A DNA stretch of 57,337 bases from an uncultured Clostridia bacterium (GCA_947631745.1 CANRMM010000042.1:1-57337), one strand, 5' to 3'. Positions 29,456-39,467 are shown, counted from the stretch's first letter. Notes: generated by a model from the letters alone, not told the origin. Program-made: numbers and translations.

Positions 29456-30286
29456 TTATTTATTATTTTTTGTATGAATTAGATAATAGGCTTCGAGTGT
29501 TATATAAAGAATTGATACTCCTATTAGGATTCCAATTATAATTTTATCTTCTGTTTTTAAAACTATAGGATATTCTTTTCTTAGTTCTTGTTTTAATTCT
29601 TTTATAGAATAATCACTTTTATTTTGTATTTCAAAAAAGTCAGACTTAAATTCACCTAAAACTTTAATTGTTTTAAAAGCTTTTACATCTGTAATGCTAA
29701 TTTCGCCTTGTTCTATTTTCATATTTCCATCAAAGCCAAACTTTGAAATGTCTATATTTTTTTCAGATAAATAAAATGGTGCTTTTATATTAACTTCTAT
29801 TCCATATGGAATTATATTGATGTCATCAGATAAAAAATCAAAGCAAAATCCTTGTTTATCTGTAAATTGCTTTACAAATGACTTTATAGTATATTTTATT
29901 TCATATACATGGAACTCAGACTTTTTTCCAGTCCAATTAATTACTATCCCCTCTTTATCTTCTACAAAGAATTTATTTGTTCTTTCACTCTCTGTTAATA
30001 TGTTCCAATCTGGTTCGTATGTATATTGTTCATTTCCTGTTTTTTCTTGAATAGTGATATTGGTTATTTGATTGATTGAAATGTTAGGAATATTTCTGTA
30101 ATATGTTGAATTATTAATTTCTGTAGTTGTCCATTCTTCTGTAATTTCTGCATCACCGTTTTCTTGAATATTTGCTTCTATTGTTATAAATTCTATAGAA
30201 TCTTGTAAATCAGCAAAGCTTTGGGGAGGTACTAATAAAGTTGTTAAAACGATAAAAAATATAATAAAAATTAATTTTTTTCTCAT
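29456..30286 (-). CDS. DUF2207-like exported protein with C-terminal TM helix
   Basis: Signal peptide; IEANIQENGDAEITEEW...YEIKYTIKSFV; TAATG overlap with the ATPase. Confidence 0.6.
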   Translation of the reverse strand: MRKKLIFIIFFIVLTTLLVPPQSFADLQDSIEFITIEANIQENGDAEITEEWTTTEINNSTYYRNIPNISINQITNITIQEKTGNEQYTYEPDWNILTESERTNKFFVEDKEGIVINWTGKKSEFHVYEIKYTIKSFVKQFTDKQGFCFDFLSDDINIIPYGIEVNIKAPFYLSEKNIDISKFGFDGNMKIEQGEISITDVKAFKTIKVLGEFKSDFFEIQNKSDYSIKELKQELRKEYPIVLKTEDKIIIGILIGVSILYITLEAYYLIHTKNNK

Positions 30287-32151
30287 TATTTTCTACTTCC
30301 CTTCCATTTTAATAGTAATGCTGAGTGAATTATAACGGCAACAGAACCACAATTGTGCACAATAGCTCCTTGCATTGGTGTAAGAATTCCTAACATTGAA
30401 AGTGTAACAAATACAACATTAATGCATAATGAAATAATTAAATTTATACGTATTGTTTTCATTGTCTTTTCAGATAAGTCAATTAAGTATGGTATTGTTT
30501 CTATTTTATCACTTATTAAAACAATATCTGCTGCATCTATTGCAATTCTACTTCCAAACTCTCCCATTGCTATACCAATATCTGCATTTTTTAGTGCAGG
30601 CGCATCATTTATTCCATCTCCTACCATACATACGGTTTTACTTGTAGTTTTTAAATCATCAATTATATTTAGTTTATCTTCTGGAATACATTCAGCATAA
30701 TATTTTTCAATTCCAGAAATATTAGCAATATTTTTAGCAGTTTGTTTATTATCTCCTGTTAATAAAATTGCATCAATTCCTTTTTCTTTAATTTGTGATA
30801 TTGTTCCTATTATTTCTTGTTTTATAGTATCTTCTAATGTTATGAAACCAAGTAGTTTTTCATTTTTGGACATATATACTATTGTACAACCTTTTTGAGT
30901 ATATTTTTCTATTTCTTTTCTTGTTGATTCACTTAGATTAATTCCATATTCTTCTAATAATTTTTCATTTCCTGCAAGAATTTTATCGTCTTTAATAAAT
31001 GCAGAAATTCCTTTTCCTAATTGTAATTTAAAATTAGTAATTTCTAATTGAGGAAATTCAATCTGATGTTCTCTTGCATACTTTACAATTGCTTTTCCAA
31101 TTGCATGTTCTGATTTACTTTCAACTAGTGCTAGTAGTGAAAAAAATTCTGTTTCTGAAACATTAGAATCCAAACATATAATATTTGTTACATCTGGTCT
31201 TCCATAAGTTAAAGTTCCAGTCTTATCAAAAATAACGGTCTTTGTTTTTCCTAAAGTTTCTAATACTTCTCCATTTTTTATTAAAACTCCTTTTTTAGTT
31301 GCATTTCCTACTCCTGCCATTATTGCTGTAGGTGTTGCTAAAATTAATGCGCAAGGGCAGAAAACAACTAAAATACTTATTCCTCTGACCATCTCTCCAG
31401 ATATTATCCAAGTTCCAATAGATAATAAAAATGCAATGATAACAAGAACAGTTGCCCATTTATCTGTTATTCGAATTACTTTTGCTTTCTTTAAATCATT
31501 TTTTTGTACCAAATTAATTAATTTTTGCAAAGAGCTGTCTTCCATATTTTTTGTAGCTTTCATATCGAAAGAACCTAATTGGTTAATAGTTCCACTATAT
31601 ACTTCATTACCTATTGTTTTATCAATTGGCATGTGTTCACCTGTCATAATAGCTTGATTTACAGATGTTTCTCCTTTTATAATTATACCATCTACTGGAA
31701 TGGTTTCTCCTGGGTTTACACGAACAATCATTTCTTCTTTTACTTCATTTGCAGGAATTATGATTTCTTTATTTCCTTCTATTATTCTTGCAGTATTAGG
31801 TAATAATTTTAATAGCTGATCTATGCTGTTCTTGGTTTTCTTGGCAGTTATATTTTCTAATATTTCTCCTAATTCCATTATGAATGCTACTTCTCCTGCT
31901 ACAAAAATAGCATTAATATAAATAGAAGCTATTAAAGCCAGAGAAACTAATACACCTGCTCGAATATCAAAACGAGTTATTAGTCCTATTATAGCATCTT
32001 TTAAAATTGGAGTTCCGCATAGAATAACAGCTACCCATGCAATATCAATTGTACTGTTAATTATGTTAAAAAAGCTTGCAATTAAGCATATTCCCGATAT
32101 AATAACATATATTATTTTTTGATTATCTTTGTCCAATAAAAAATTCTTCAT
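30286..32151 (-). CDS. Heavy-metal P1B-type ATPase without N-terminal HMA domain
   Basis: CPCALILATP, DKTGTLT, LLTGDN, GDGINDAP. Confidence 0.93.
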   Translation of the reverse strand: MKNFLLDKDNQKIIYVIISGICLIASFFNIINSTIDIAWVAVILCGTPILKDAIIGLITRFDIRAGVLVSLALIASIYINAIFVAGEVAFIMELGEILENITAKKTKNSIDQLLKLLPNTARIIEGNKEIIIPANEVKEEMIVRVNPGETIPVDGIIIKGETSVNQAIMTGEHMPIDKTIGNEVYSGTINQLGSFDMKATKNMEDSSLQKLINLVQKNDLKKAKVIRITDKWATVLVIIAFLLSIGTWIISGEMVRGISILVVFCPCALILATPTAIMAGVGNATKKGVLIKNGEVLETLGKTKTVIFDKTGTLTYGRPDVTNIICLDSNVSETEFFSLLALVESKSEHAIGKAIVKYAREHQIEFPQLEITNFKLQLGKGISAFIKDDKILAGNEKLLEEYGINLSESTRKEIEKYTQKGCTIVYMSKNEKLLGFITLEDTIKQEIIGTISQIKEKGIDAILLTGDNKQTAKNIANISGIEKYYAECIPEDKLNIIDDLKTTSKTVCMVGDGINDAPALKNADIGIAMGEFGSRIAIDAADIVLISDKIETIPYLIDLSEKTMKTIRINLIISLCINVVFVTLSMLGILTPMQGAIVHNCGSVAVIIHSALLLKWKGSRK

Positions 32152-32325
32152 TTATTCTTCATCCTTACTATATATAATTCCATTATGACTATGCCCTACA
32201 ATTTGTGTTAATCCACTTGTATCTTCTAAGTTTTTTTCTGAATTATCCCATATAGCTAAATATAGCAAAGTTCCTATAATTCCTATAGTTAATAAAAGTG
32301 ATAAGATTTTTTTGCATTTTTCCAT
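32152..32325 (-). CDS. 57-aa single-TM protein with HSH motif
   Basis: Not in the ORF track; AAGGA RBS; MEKCKKILSLLLTIGIIGTLLYLAIWDNSEK...GHSHNG...; stop abuts the ATPase ATG. Confidence 0.65.
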   Translation of the reverse strand: MEKCKKILSLLLTIGIIGTLLYLAIWDNSEKNLEDTSGLTQIVGHSHNGIIYSKDEE

Positions 32326-32342
32326 TTCTTTATCCTTTCTTT

Positions 32343-33065
32343 TTATCTTTTACTTAATGATAGTGGTAACTCTAATCCATTGTTTTCTAGTAAATCTTTA
32401 TCTTCTAAAATTGTTTTTGTTTGTCCTTGAGCTATTATTTTTCCATTTGCAATTAAAATTACTTTACTACAAGTATCATAAATCAAATCCAAATCATGTG
32501 AAGCTATTATTTTAGTCCCTTTTAAAGCTTGTACTAAATAAATAAATTTTCTTCGATTTTTTGGATCTAATGCAATTGTTGGTTCATCAAATATTAGTAT
32601 ATCTGGTTCCATAGATAGAACAGTTGCAATTGTCACTAATTTTTTTTGGCCTCCAGACAATTGAAAAATTGGTTTATCTTTTAATTCTTCTATTCCAACT
32701 TTTTGTAAACTTTCTATTGTTCTTTTATGTACTTCTTCTGGTGAAAATTTATAATTTTTCGGTGCAAATGCAACATCTTCATAAACTGTAGGCATGAATA
32801 GTTGATTGTCTGGGTCTTGAAAAACATATCCTATTTTTTGACGTATTTTGGTTAAATTGTCTTTTTGCACTTTTAAATCGTCAATAGTAATTTCTCCTTG
32901 AGTATTCAACTCTAATCCAACTAGTAATTTTAATATTGTTGATTTTCCTGCTCCATTGGCGCCAATTAGTCCAACTGTTTCACCATCATTTATTGAAAAA
33001 TTAATGTTTGAAATAATTGTATTCTTTTTATCATAAGAAAACGAAACATTCTCTACTTTTATCAA
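32343..33065 (-). CDS. cbiO: ECF transporter ATPase (CbiO/NikO)
   Basis: GANGAGKST, FQDPDNQLF, LSGGQKK, FDEPT, SHDLD. Confidence 0.9.
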   Translation of the reverse strand: MIKVENVSFSYDKKNTIISNINFSINDGETVGLIGANGAGKSTILKLLVGLELNTQGEITIDDLKVQKDNLTKIRQKIGYVFQDPDNQLFMPTVYEDVAFAPKNYKFSPEEVHKRTIESLQKVGIEELKDKPIFQLSGGQKKLVTIATVLSMEPDILIFDEPTIALDPKNRRKFIYLVQALKGTKIIASHDLDLIYDTCSKVILIANGKIIAQGQTKTILEDKDLLENNGLELPLSLSKR

Positions 33066-33077
33066 TTTTTTTCTCCT

Positions 33078-33878
33078 TTATATAAATATATATCCAATCA
33101 TATTAAAAATCGGAATAAATCGAAGTATTAGTAATAACATAACTCCAATAGTAAAATAGCTTACACTTCTTACATTTATCTTTCTTTTTTCAAGTAAAAA
33201 CATATCTGGCGAAAATCCACGAAGTTCCATACTCTCATATACATTTTGTGCTCTATCTATACTTCTTAGCATAAAACTTCCTATCAAACTTTTCCATGCT
33301 GTGTAATGTACTCCTTTTTGTTTAGGTGCCCTCATCGAATAAGCAGTCCATATATCTTCTACTTGCTTTAGAAATACTGTAATATATCTGTAAATCAACA
33401 TAAAAACTATGATTAGCATATTTGGCAAGTGTAACATTTTTAATGCATAACATATACTTTCTATAGAAGTTGTTGCTATTAAAAAATATGTATTTATCAA
33501 TGCGAAACTTCCTTTTATGAGCAATGTAATGAATGAAATCATTCCTGTTGTAATAGGAATGTTATTAATATATGTTATCACTCTTCTATCAATAATTGGA
33601 TTTGCTATTCCAACAATTATTAATAAAAGTAAAACAACCTTAAGTTGTTTTTTACAATTCTTTATAGGCAAATTTCCTACTATACTAATAATAAATAAAT
33701 ATATTCCCATTGCTATAGTAGTAAATATATCGTATGGATTAATTGAGGTTAATAAAATTAAATATAAAAAAGTTAGTAATAATTTAAAAAGTGGATGTAA
33801 TTGATTAAATATAGACTTTTGATTTATTTGTTTATCAAACATATCTATTTGGTAAATAGCGTTTTCAATTTTATTCAT
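33078..33878 (-). CDS. cbiQ: ECF transporter T component (CbiQ/NikQ)
   Basis: LHPLFKLL, YRYI, SMRA, SMELRGF motifs; operon context. Confidence 0.88.
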   Translation of the reverse strand: MNKIENAIYQIDMFDKQINQKSIFNQLHPLFKLLLTFLYLILLTSINPYDIFTTIAMGIYLFIISIVGNLPIKNCKKQLKVVLLLLIIVGIANPIIDRRVITYINNIPITTGMISFITLLIKGSFALINTYFLIATTSIESICYALKMLHLPNMLIIVFMLIYRYITVFLKQVEDIWTAYSMRAPKQKGVHYTAWKSLIGSFMLRSIDRAQNVYESMELRGFSPDMFLLEKRKINVRSVSYFTIGVMLLLILRFIPIFNMIGYIFI

Positions 33879-34881
33879 CTTTTACTTTTTCCTTTTTTCT
33901 TTTAAACTTTATAATTGTTCCTAATCCTATTAAAAATATTACAGTAATGCCACAGCCTATTATTCCCGAAATTGAAGTGCCAATTATGGAATCATTATTT
34001 TTTATAGCATAATCTGGAAGTATTGCTGTTGCATTTTGTATTTTTTCTGTTTCTGTATAAATATTACTTTCTTTTTTTTCTATTTCAGTATCTCCTGTAA
34101 TTTTCTCAATTGACCATTCTAATCCATCTGGATTGGAAGATGCTAGTAAAGAGATTCCTCCTCCTATTATAATAAATGAACATACTAAAATGGCAATTGT
34201 TTTTGAATATGAAAGTTTAGACTGCTTGTCCATTTTTTGTGTAGGACTCCATAACATTTCTGGTCTAGCTTCATATATAAAACATAAAACTCCAGCAGTA
34301 ATTAATCCCTCTACTAAGCCAATTGCTAAATGGATTGGTTGCATTGCTGTTAAAAATACTCCAAATGGCAATTCAGTAACACCAGATAGCATAGTTTCTA
34401 TTACTACAGAAAATGCTCCTAATTGTAGTGCTACAACTGAACCTATAATTGAACTGACAATAATTTTTTTCTTTGACATTCCATTTTTCATAATAAGTTT
34501 CCAAATTAAACTTCCAACAAAGCATCCATAAAATGCCATATTCCATATATTCCCACCTAATGCCAGCAAACCACCATCAGCAAAAAATAAGCACTGAATA
34601 AGCAGAACTCCTATCATGCTTAAAAATCCTCCATATGGACCTAGAATAGCTGATAATAATAAGCCTCCGCATAAGTGTCCAGAAGATCCTGTTCCAGGGA
34701 TTGTAAAGTTTACCATTTGAGTAGCAAATACAAATGCCCCCATAACCCCCATAGTTGGTATCTTCTTTTTAAAATCATCTTCCTGTTTTATTTTTTTTAT
34801 TGAATATGCTGCAGCAAGTCCACTGGCTATTAACATTGTAGTTCCCACAGCTGGACTTACTAAGGCATCTGACATATGCAT
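33871..34881 (-). CDS. cbiM: Co/Ni ECF substrate component CbiM/NikM fused to a PDGLE (NikN-like) domain
   Basis: N-terminal MHMSD metal-binding motif, GSSGH, FADGG, ASSNPDGLEWS. Confidence 0.92.
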   Translation of the reverse strand: MHMSDALVSPAVGTTMLIASGLAAAYSIKKIKQEDDFKKKIPTMGVMGAFVFATQMVNFTIPGTGSSGHLCGGLLLSAILGPYGGFLSMIGVLLIQCLFFADGGLLALGGNIWNMAFYGCFVGSLIWKLIMKNGMSKKKIIVSSIIGSVVALQLGAFSVVIETMLSGVTELPFGVFLTAMQPIHLAIGLVEGLITAGVLCFIYEARPEMLWSPTQKMDKQSKLSYSKTIAILVCSFIIIGGGISLLASSNPDGLEWSIEKITGDTEIEKKESNIYTETEKIQNATAILPDYAIKNNDSIIGTSISGIIGCGITVIFLIGLGTIIKFKRKKEKVKDE

Positions 34882-34958
34882 TGTTTTTTCCTCCTATTTT
34901 ACTTTCTTATAAGTATATCATATATAGCTTAATTTTTCCATATATGTTTTTTATCTTG

Positions 34959-34989
34959 ATTACTTCCATAAGCTGACACCTTCATGGTG
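34959..34989. other. Recombination (att) site at the spoVD-5' end of element A
   Basis: Arm attacttccataag at 34959-72, 12-bp spacer, crossover tg at 34985-86; PBP homology ends here. Confidence 0.8.
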
Positions 34990-36846
34990 CCCTCCCTCAC
35001 CTGTTGGATTGTATAATGTGATTAAAATTACAACTTCCGGATCTGAAATTGGTGCTACTCCTATAAAAGAGGTCACATATTTATTTGTATTAACACCATC
35101 TTCTGATGTTCCTGTTTTTCCTCCTATACGATATCCTGCAACTTGTGCATTTTTGCCTGTTCCTTCTGCCACAACGGTTTCCATCATGCTTAAAACGTTT
35201 TCTGCTGTTTCTTCTGATATTACTCTTCCTTGTGTCTTTACTTCTGTTTCTTTTACTTCGTGAGTGCTATTATTTATTATCTTTTTAACTACTCTTGGCT
35301 GTACATAAACTCCTTTGTTTGCTATTGTTCCTACCATAGCTATCATTTGTATAGGTGTTACTTCAAATCTTTGACCAAAAGCAATAGTTCCTAATTCTAC
35401 TGGTCCCACCTTTTCTTCTTTTAGAAATATACTTTCTGCTTCTCCTGGTAAATCTATTCCGGTGGTTCTTAAAAATCCAAATTTTTCAAGATAATCATAG
35501 TATGTTTCTACTCCTAGTTTTTGTCCTAGTCCTATAAATACTGGGTTACATGAATTCATTAATGCTTCTCTTAAGCTTTGTGCACCATGTGGTCTATAGT
35601 ATCTCCAACAGTTTATCCTTACACCTGCTACGGTAATGCTTCCTGTACATGAAAATTCTCCTGCCTTATCAGTTGTTGTAATTCCTTCTTCTAGTGAAGC
35701 TGATGCAGTAACTAATTTAAAGGTAGAACCTGGTTCATAAGTATCTGAAATTGCTTTGTTCCTCCATACTGCTTGCATTTTCTTTACTTGTTCGTTTTCA
35801 GATAAGCTATCCCATCCTTCTTTCATTTCTTCTGTGCTTGGTTCAAATGGTTCATTTAAGTTGTAGTTTGGATATCCTGCCATGGCTAAAATATCACCAT
35901 TCTTTGGGTTCATTATAATAATGTTTCCTCCGTCTGTGCATTTATTATCAATGCAAGCTTCTTCTAAATATTTTTCTGCAATTCCTTGTACTGTGGCATC
36001 TATGCTTAGTATTAAATCGTTTCCATCAATTGCTGGTATATAGCTTTCTCCTTCTTTTTCCATATCTCCTCCAACTGCATCTGTCATTTTTACGATTTTT
36101 CCTTGTTCTCCTTTTAGTTCATCTTCATAAACAGCCTCTATTCCATCCAAGCCCTGATTATCACTTCCACTAAATCCAATTACTTGTGAGGCTAAATTGT
36201 TATATGGATAATATCTTTTAGTATCTTCGTCTATATTTACTCCTTTTGTAATATTGTTTTCAGAAAGCCATATTCTTAACTCATCTGCTTTTTCTTTATC
36301 TACTTTTTTTACTATATTTTCTATTGAACTTCTTTTATTTACTCTTTTTAAAATTATTTCATAATCTAATTCAAATATATCGCTTAATGCCTTAGCTACT
36401 TTTTCTTTGTCTTTTTTTTCAATATTTACTGGGTTAACAGTTATTGTATTTACTGTACTACTTACTGCTAAAATATTTTTTCCTGTGGCATCATATATTG
36501 TGCCTCTTCGTGGATTAATTTTTCTATCTAATGTTTGTTGTGTATATGCCATTGATCGCAATTTTTCTCCCATTACAAATTGTAGCCATCCGATTCTTCC
36601 TATAAATAGGGCAAATAAAATACATGAGCATATAATTCCAAGTTTTAACCTTCTTCTTCTGCTCATGTCACTAACTTTGTCATTTGTATTTATTTTTTCT
36701 TTTTTTCTTTGCTTTTTATATTTTCTCTTTTGTTTTTTATTAGATATCTTTTGTATTTTTTGAATATTTTCTTCTTTTTGTTTTTTCCCTTTCTTTATTT
36801 TTTGAATCTTCTTTCTAGATAAGTTTTTCCTTAAATTTCCGTTCAT
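34960..36846 (-). CDS. spoVD: 5' segment of the split class B PBP (SpoVD-like); truncated until the elements excise
   Basis: GGGAGG RBS before ATG 36846; RGTIYD, RYYP, YEPGSTFK, SCN, KTGT; ends LYNPTGEGGH followed by element-derived HEGVSLWK*; lies between ftsL and murE. Confidence 0.9.
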   Translation of the reverse strand: MNGNLRKNLSRKKIQKIKKGKKQKEENIQKIQKISNKKQKRKYKKQRKKEKINTNDKVSDMSRRRRLKLGIICSCILFALFIGRIGWLQFVMGEKLRSMAYTQQTLDRKINPRRGTIYDATGKNILAVSSTVNTITVNPVNIEKKDKEKVAKALSDIFELDYEIILKRVNKRSSIENIVKKVDKEKADELRIWLSENNITKGVNIDEDTKRYYPYNNLASQVIGFSGSDNQGLDGIEAVYEDELKGEQGKIVKMTDAVGGDMEKEGESYIPAIDGNDLILSIDATVQGIAEKYLEEACIDNKCTDGGNIIIMNPKNGDILAMAGYPNYNLNEPFEPSTEEMKEGWDSLSENEQVKKMQAVWRNKAISDTYEPGSTFKLVTASASLEEGITTTDKAGEFSCTGSITVAGVRINCWRYYRPHGAQSLREALMNSCNPVFIGLGQKLGVETYYDYLEKFGFLRTTGIDLPGEAESIFLKEEKVGPVELGTIAFGQRFEVTPIQMIAMVGTIANKGVYVQPRVVKKIINNSTHEVKETEVKTQGRVISEETAENVLSMMETVVAEGTGKNAQVAGYRIGGKTGTSEDGVNTNKYVTSFIGVAPISDPEVVILITLYNPTGEGGHHEGVSLWK

Positions 36847-36908
36847 TTTTCCTCCCTTCTGTTTTTTATTTTTTATATTTCTACTATTTTTTATTTTATT
36901 CATAGAGC

Positions 36909-36965
36909 AAAAAAAAAGACTAAAATATCTGAAATGAATTATTTTAATTATATTCAGATATTTTA
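36909..36965 (-). terminator. Intrinsic terminator between ftsL and spoVD
   Basis: taaaatatctgaa/ttcagatatttta stem followed by T9 on the - strand. Confidence 0.65.
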
Positions 36966-36971
36966 CTCTCT

Positions 36972-37481
36972 TTATGGATTCCAAAAATAGCTTAAGATAT
37001 TTTCAAACCAGCTTTTTTCTTCTTCTATAACAACTTCTTCACTTGCTGGTTCTACATAATCTTTTTTAGGCAAATTTACATATACTTTCTGACTACTGTC
37101 TAATTTTTGCATTCCTAATTTTTCTCTGGCTATCTTTTCTATATTTGTTAAGTTTAAATTATTTTCAATACTAACTTGTAGTTGTTCATTTTCTTTTTGC
37201 ACAACAGCTAGTTGATTTTGCAGATTTGTTTTTCTATTAAAGCTTTCGTTAATGAGCGAGTTTCTATAACTAATACCAAATAGCACTGAAAATACAGCTA
37301 ATATGTATAATACAGTTTTTACATGTGACTTTAGCTTTCTTTTTGGCTGTGTTTTTTCTTTTTTCTTTTTTAATGTACTTGATTTCTTTTTAGCATAAGG
37401 ATTTTTCTGTGGTTGAATATCTGGTGCTATTTTTCTTGGGCTAGTTTCATATTGATATCCATTCACTCGATAATTTGGCAT
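36972..37481 (-). CDS. ftsL: Cell division protein FtsL-like
   Basis: Single TM, coiled coil, IEKIAREKLGM; lies between rsmH and the PBP. Confidence 0.8.
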   Translation of the reverse strand: MPNYRVNGYQYETSPRKIAPDIQPQKNPYAKKKSSTLKKKKEKTQPKRKLKSHVKTVLYILAVFSVLFGISYRNSLINESFNRKTNLQNQLAVVQKENEQLQVSIENNLNLTNIEKIAREKLGMQKLDSSQKVYVNLPKKDYVEPASEEVVIEEEKSWFENILSYFWNP

Positions 37482-37489
37482 TAATTAAC

Positions 37490-38446
37490 TCACCTCTTTT
37501 CTTTTGTTTTATTTTTTTCTCTTCTTTCAAATATTCTTAATTTTGCACTTTTGCTTCTTGGATTTTCTTGTTGTTCTTTTTGTGTTGGTAAAATGGGTTT
37601 TTTAGTTATTACTGTTCCCCATGATTGATAGTTGCATACACAATATGGTAAATCTTTTGGACATGTACATTTTCCTTCTGCATCAATAAAAGCTTCTTTT
37701 ACTGCTCTATCTTCTAAGGAATGAAATGTTATTACTACTAATCTGCCTTTTTCGTTTAATACTTCAATGGCATCTCGTATTGTTTGATATAGTGGTTTAA
37801 TTTCATTATTTACTTCAATTCTAATTGCTTGAAATGTTCTTTTGGCTGGATGCCCATCTGTTTGCTTAGCCTTTGGTATTGAATTTTTAATAATATCTAC
37901 TAGTTTAGCTGTTGTCACAATTCTTTGTTTTGCTCTCTCTTTGCATATATTTTTTGCAATTATTTTAGAAAATCTTTCTTCTCCATAATCATAAATTAAA
38001 TTTGCCAATCTTTCTTCTGTATATTCATTTACAACTATTTCTGCTGTTAGTTCCTGTGTTTTATCCATTCTCATATCTAATGAAGTGTCTTCCATATAGC
38101 TAAATCCTCTTGATTTTTCATCTAATTGATATGATGAAACACCTAAGTCTAATAGAATACCATCAACTTTTTCAATTTTCAATTCTGCTAAAATATCTTT
38201 TATATCATCATGATTTCCATGAATGTATAGAACATTTGAATATTCTTTTAATTTTTCTTTTGCTGCTTGTAATGCCTCTGTATCACGATCTATTCCAATT
38301 AACTTACCATTTGATGATAATTTTTTTATAATTTGGCTACTATGCCCAGCTCCTCCTAAAGTACCGTCTACGTAAATTCCATCTGATTGTATATTCAAAC
38401 CTTCTATACACTCCTGTAGCAAAACAGGTTTATGACTAAATTCCAC
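37490..38446 (-). CDS. rsmH: 16S rRNA m4C1402 methyltransferase
   Basis: [47 protein letters not shown]. Confidence 0.98.
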   Translation of the reverse strand: MEFSHKPVLLQECIEGLNIQSDGIYVDGTLGGAGHSSQIIKKLSSNGKLIGIDRDTEALQAAKEKLKEYSNVLYIHGNHDDIKDILAELKIEKVDGILLDLGVSSYQLDEKSRGFSYMEDTSLDMRMDKTQELTAEIVVNEYTEERLANLIYDYGEERFSKIIAKNICKERAKQRIVTTAKLVDIIKNSIPKAKQTDGHPAKRTFQAIRIEVNNEIKPLYQTIRDAIEVLNEKGRLVVITFHSLEDRAVKEAFIDAEGKCTCPKDLPYCVCNYQSWGTVITKKPILPTQKEQQENPRSKSAKLRIFERREKNKTKEKR

Positions 38447-38488
38447 TGATAACTCCCTTATTTTTGTTTTTCTTATTTTGATTTAATG

Positions 38489-38526
38489 CACAAGCAGTTG
38501 GTATTTAAAAAATACCAACTGTTGTG
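38489..38526. other. Stem-loop between mraZ and rsmH
   Basis: cacaagcagttggtattt/aaataccaactgttgtg; no clear U-tail. Confidence 0.55.
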
Positions 38527-38543
38527 TCTTTTCTTAAATCAGT

Positions 38544-38844
38544 TATCTTTTGTTTATTAATCTTCTTTGGTTTTTCATTTTTACTTTTGTTCACTTAATT
38601 TTATAAATTCATCTTTGGTTTTTAGATTAGTCTTTTTATTTTTGTAATCAACAATTAACATTTTATCTTTTGAAAATCAAAATATCTTTTGTTGTTTTTT
38701 CAGTTTTCTTTGGTTTTATTTTGTAATTATTTTTTCTTTTGTTTCCTTGCACTTTATCTTTTGTAAATATATTTTTTATCTTTTGAATTTTATCTTTTGT
38801 TTTCTTAAGAATTTATCTTTTGTATTTTATTATTTTATCTTTGG
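38544..38844. repeat. Irregularly spaced TATCTTTTG (CAAAAGATA) array
   Basis: Exact copies at 38544, 38664, 38683, 38755, 38777, 38791 and 38814, plus about six variants (e.g. 38611, 38836). Confidence 0.75.
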
Positions 38845-38867
38845 TGTTTTATATAAACTTTTTCAAG

Positions 38868-39299
38868 TTATATACCTAACATAGTCATATTTTCTGCTAT
38901 TTCATCTGCTGAAATATTTTCATCACTATTGTAAGATTTCCATTTATCTTTGTTCCAAATTTCAATTCTGGTTCCTACTCCAATAATGATTGCTTCCTTT
39001 TCCATATGGGCATATTCTCTTAAATTGCTTGCAATTAAAAATCTTCCTTGTTTATCGATTTCACATTCAATTGCTCCTGATAGGAAAAATCTTACAAAGT
39101 CTCTAGCATTTTTGTTTGTAAGTGGAAGTGTTTTTAATTTTTCTTCAAAGTTTGACCATTCATTTTGAGAAAATCCAAACAAGCACCCATCTAACCCTTT
39201 TGTAATGATGAATTTTTCTCCGATGTCTTCTCTAATCTTAGCTGGCATTATCATTCTGCCTTTAGTATCTAAAGAATGCTCGTATTCACCAATAAGCAC
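38868..39299 (-). CDS. mraZ: dcw transcriptional regulator MraZ
   Basis: [26 protein letters not shown]. Confidence 0.98.
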   Translation of the reverse strand: MLIGEYEHSLDTKGRMIMPAKIREDIGEKFIITKGLDGCLFGFSQNEWSNFEEKLKTLPLTNKNARDFVRFFLSGAIECEIDKQGRFLIASNLREYAHMEKEAIIIGVGTRIEIWNKDKWKSYNSDENISADEIAENMTMLGI

Positions 39300-39326
39300 T
39301 TTGTTTCACCTCTCCTCATTTTCTAA

Positions 39327-39350
39327 CCACTTTTTACCACTTTTCTCCAC
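39327..39350 (-). promoter_or_regulatory. MraZ operator (three GTGG boxes at 10-bp spacing)
   Basis: GTGGAGAAAA-GTGGTAAAAA-GTGG immediately upstream of mraZ, the known Firmicute MraZ-box pattern. Confidence 0.8.
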
Positions 39351-39429
39351 TTCAATTAGATTTTAATACAAGTGCATTTAAAATGCAAGCATTTTTTTTA
39401 TTTTTTTTAAAAAATTAATATAATATATA

Positions 39430-39466
39430 AAAAATACTTCACTACCTAATATAGTGAAGTATTTTT
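39430..39466. terminator. Terminator after fic
   Basis: aaaaatacttcacta/tagtgaagtattttt. Confidence 0.75.
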
Positions 39467-39467
39467 G

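Larger units (their letters stand above)
24332..34986. mobile_element. Gene-intervening element A (10,655 bp): two large serine recombinases, a metal-transport operon and a pilin-like hydrolase
   Basis: Predicted crossover tg at 24330-31 and 34985-86, each exactly 12 bp from mutually inverted 14-bp arms. Confidence 0.78.

Noticed and set aside
17034-34986. Prophage or ICE
   Set aside because: No structural, replication, relaxase or T4SS genes are recognisable.
17030-34989. A single 17,947-bp element excised through the outer CACCA / 11-of-13-bp direct repeat
   Set aside because: It would give the same restored gene and is not excluded. However, the two outer arms are not inverted repeats of each other; each pairs symmetrically with an arm of the internal 24300-24357 site, so the two-element model fits better.
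36847-36984. ORF-track start of the PBP at 36984
   Set aside because: It overlaps the ftsL end and runs through a terminator; ATG 36846 has a strong RBS.
38544-38844. CRISPR array, DnaA boxes or small ORF in the mraZ-rsmH spacer
   Set aside because: Repeats are 9 bp and irregularly spaced, there are no cas genes, they do not match TTATCCACA, and the copies fall in different frames with stops.
38838-38852. AAAACACCAAAGA after mraZ as an extra att-like site
   Set aside because: Short AT-rich similarity without inverted arms; it is part of the local repeat array.
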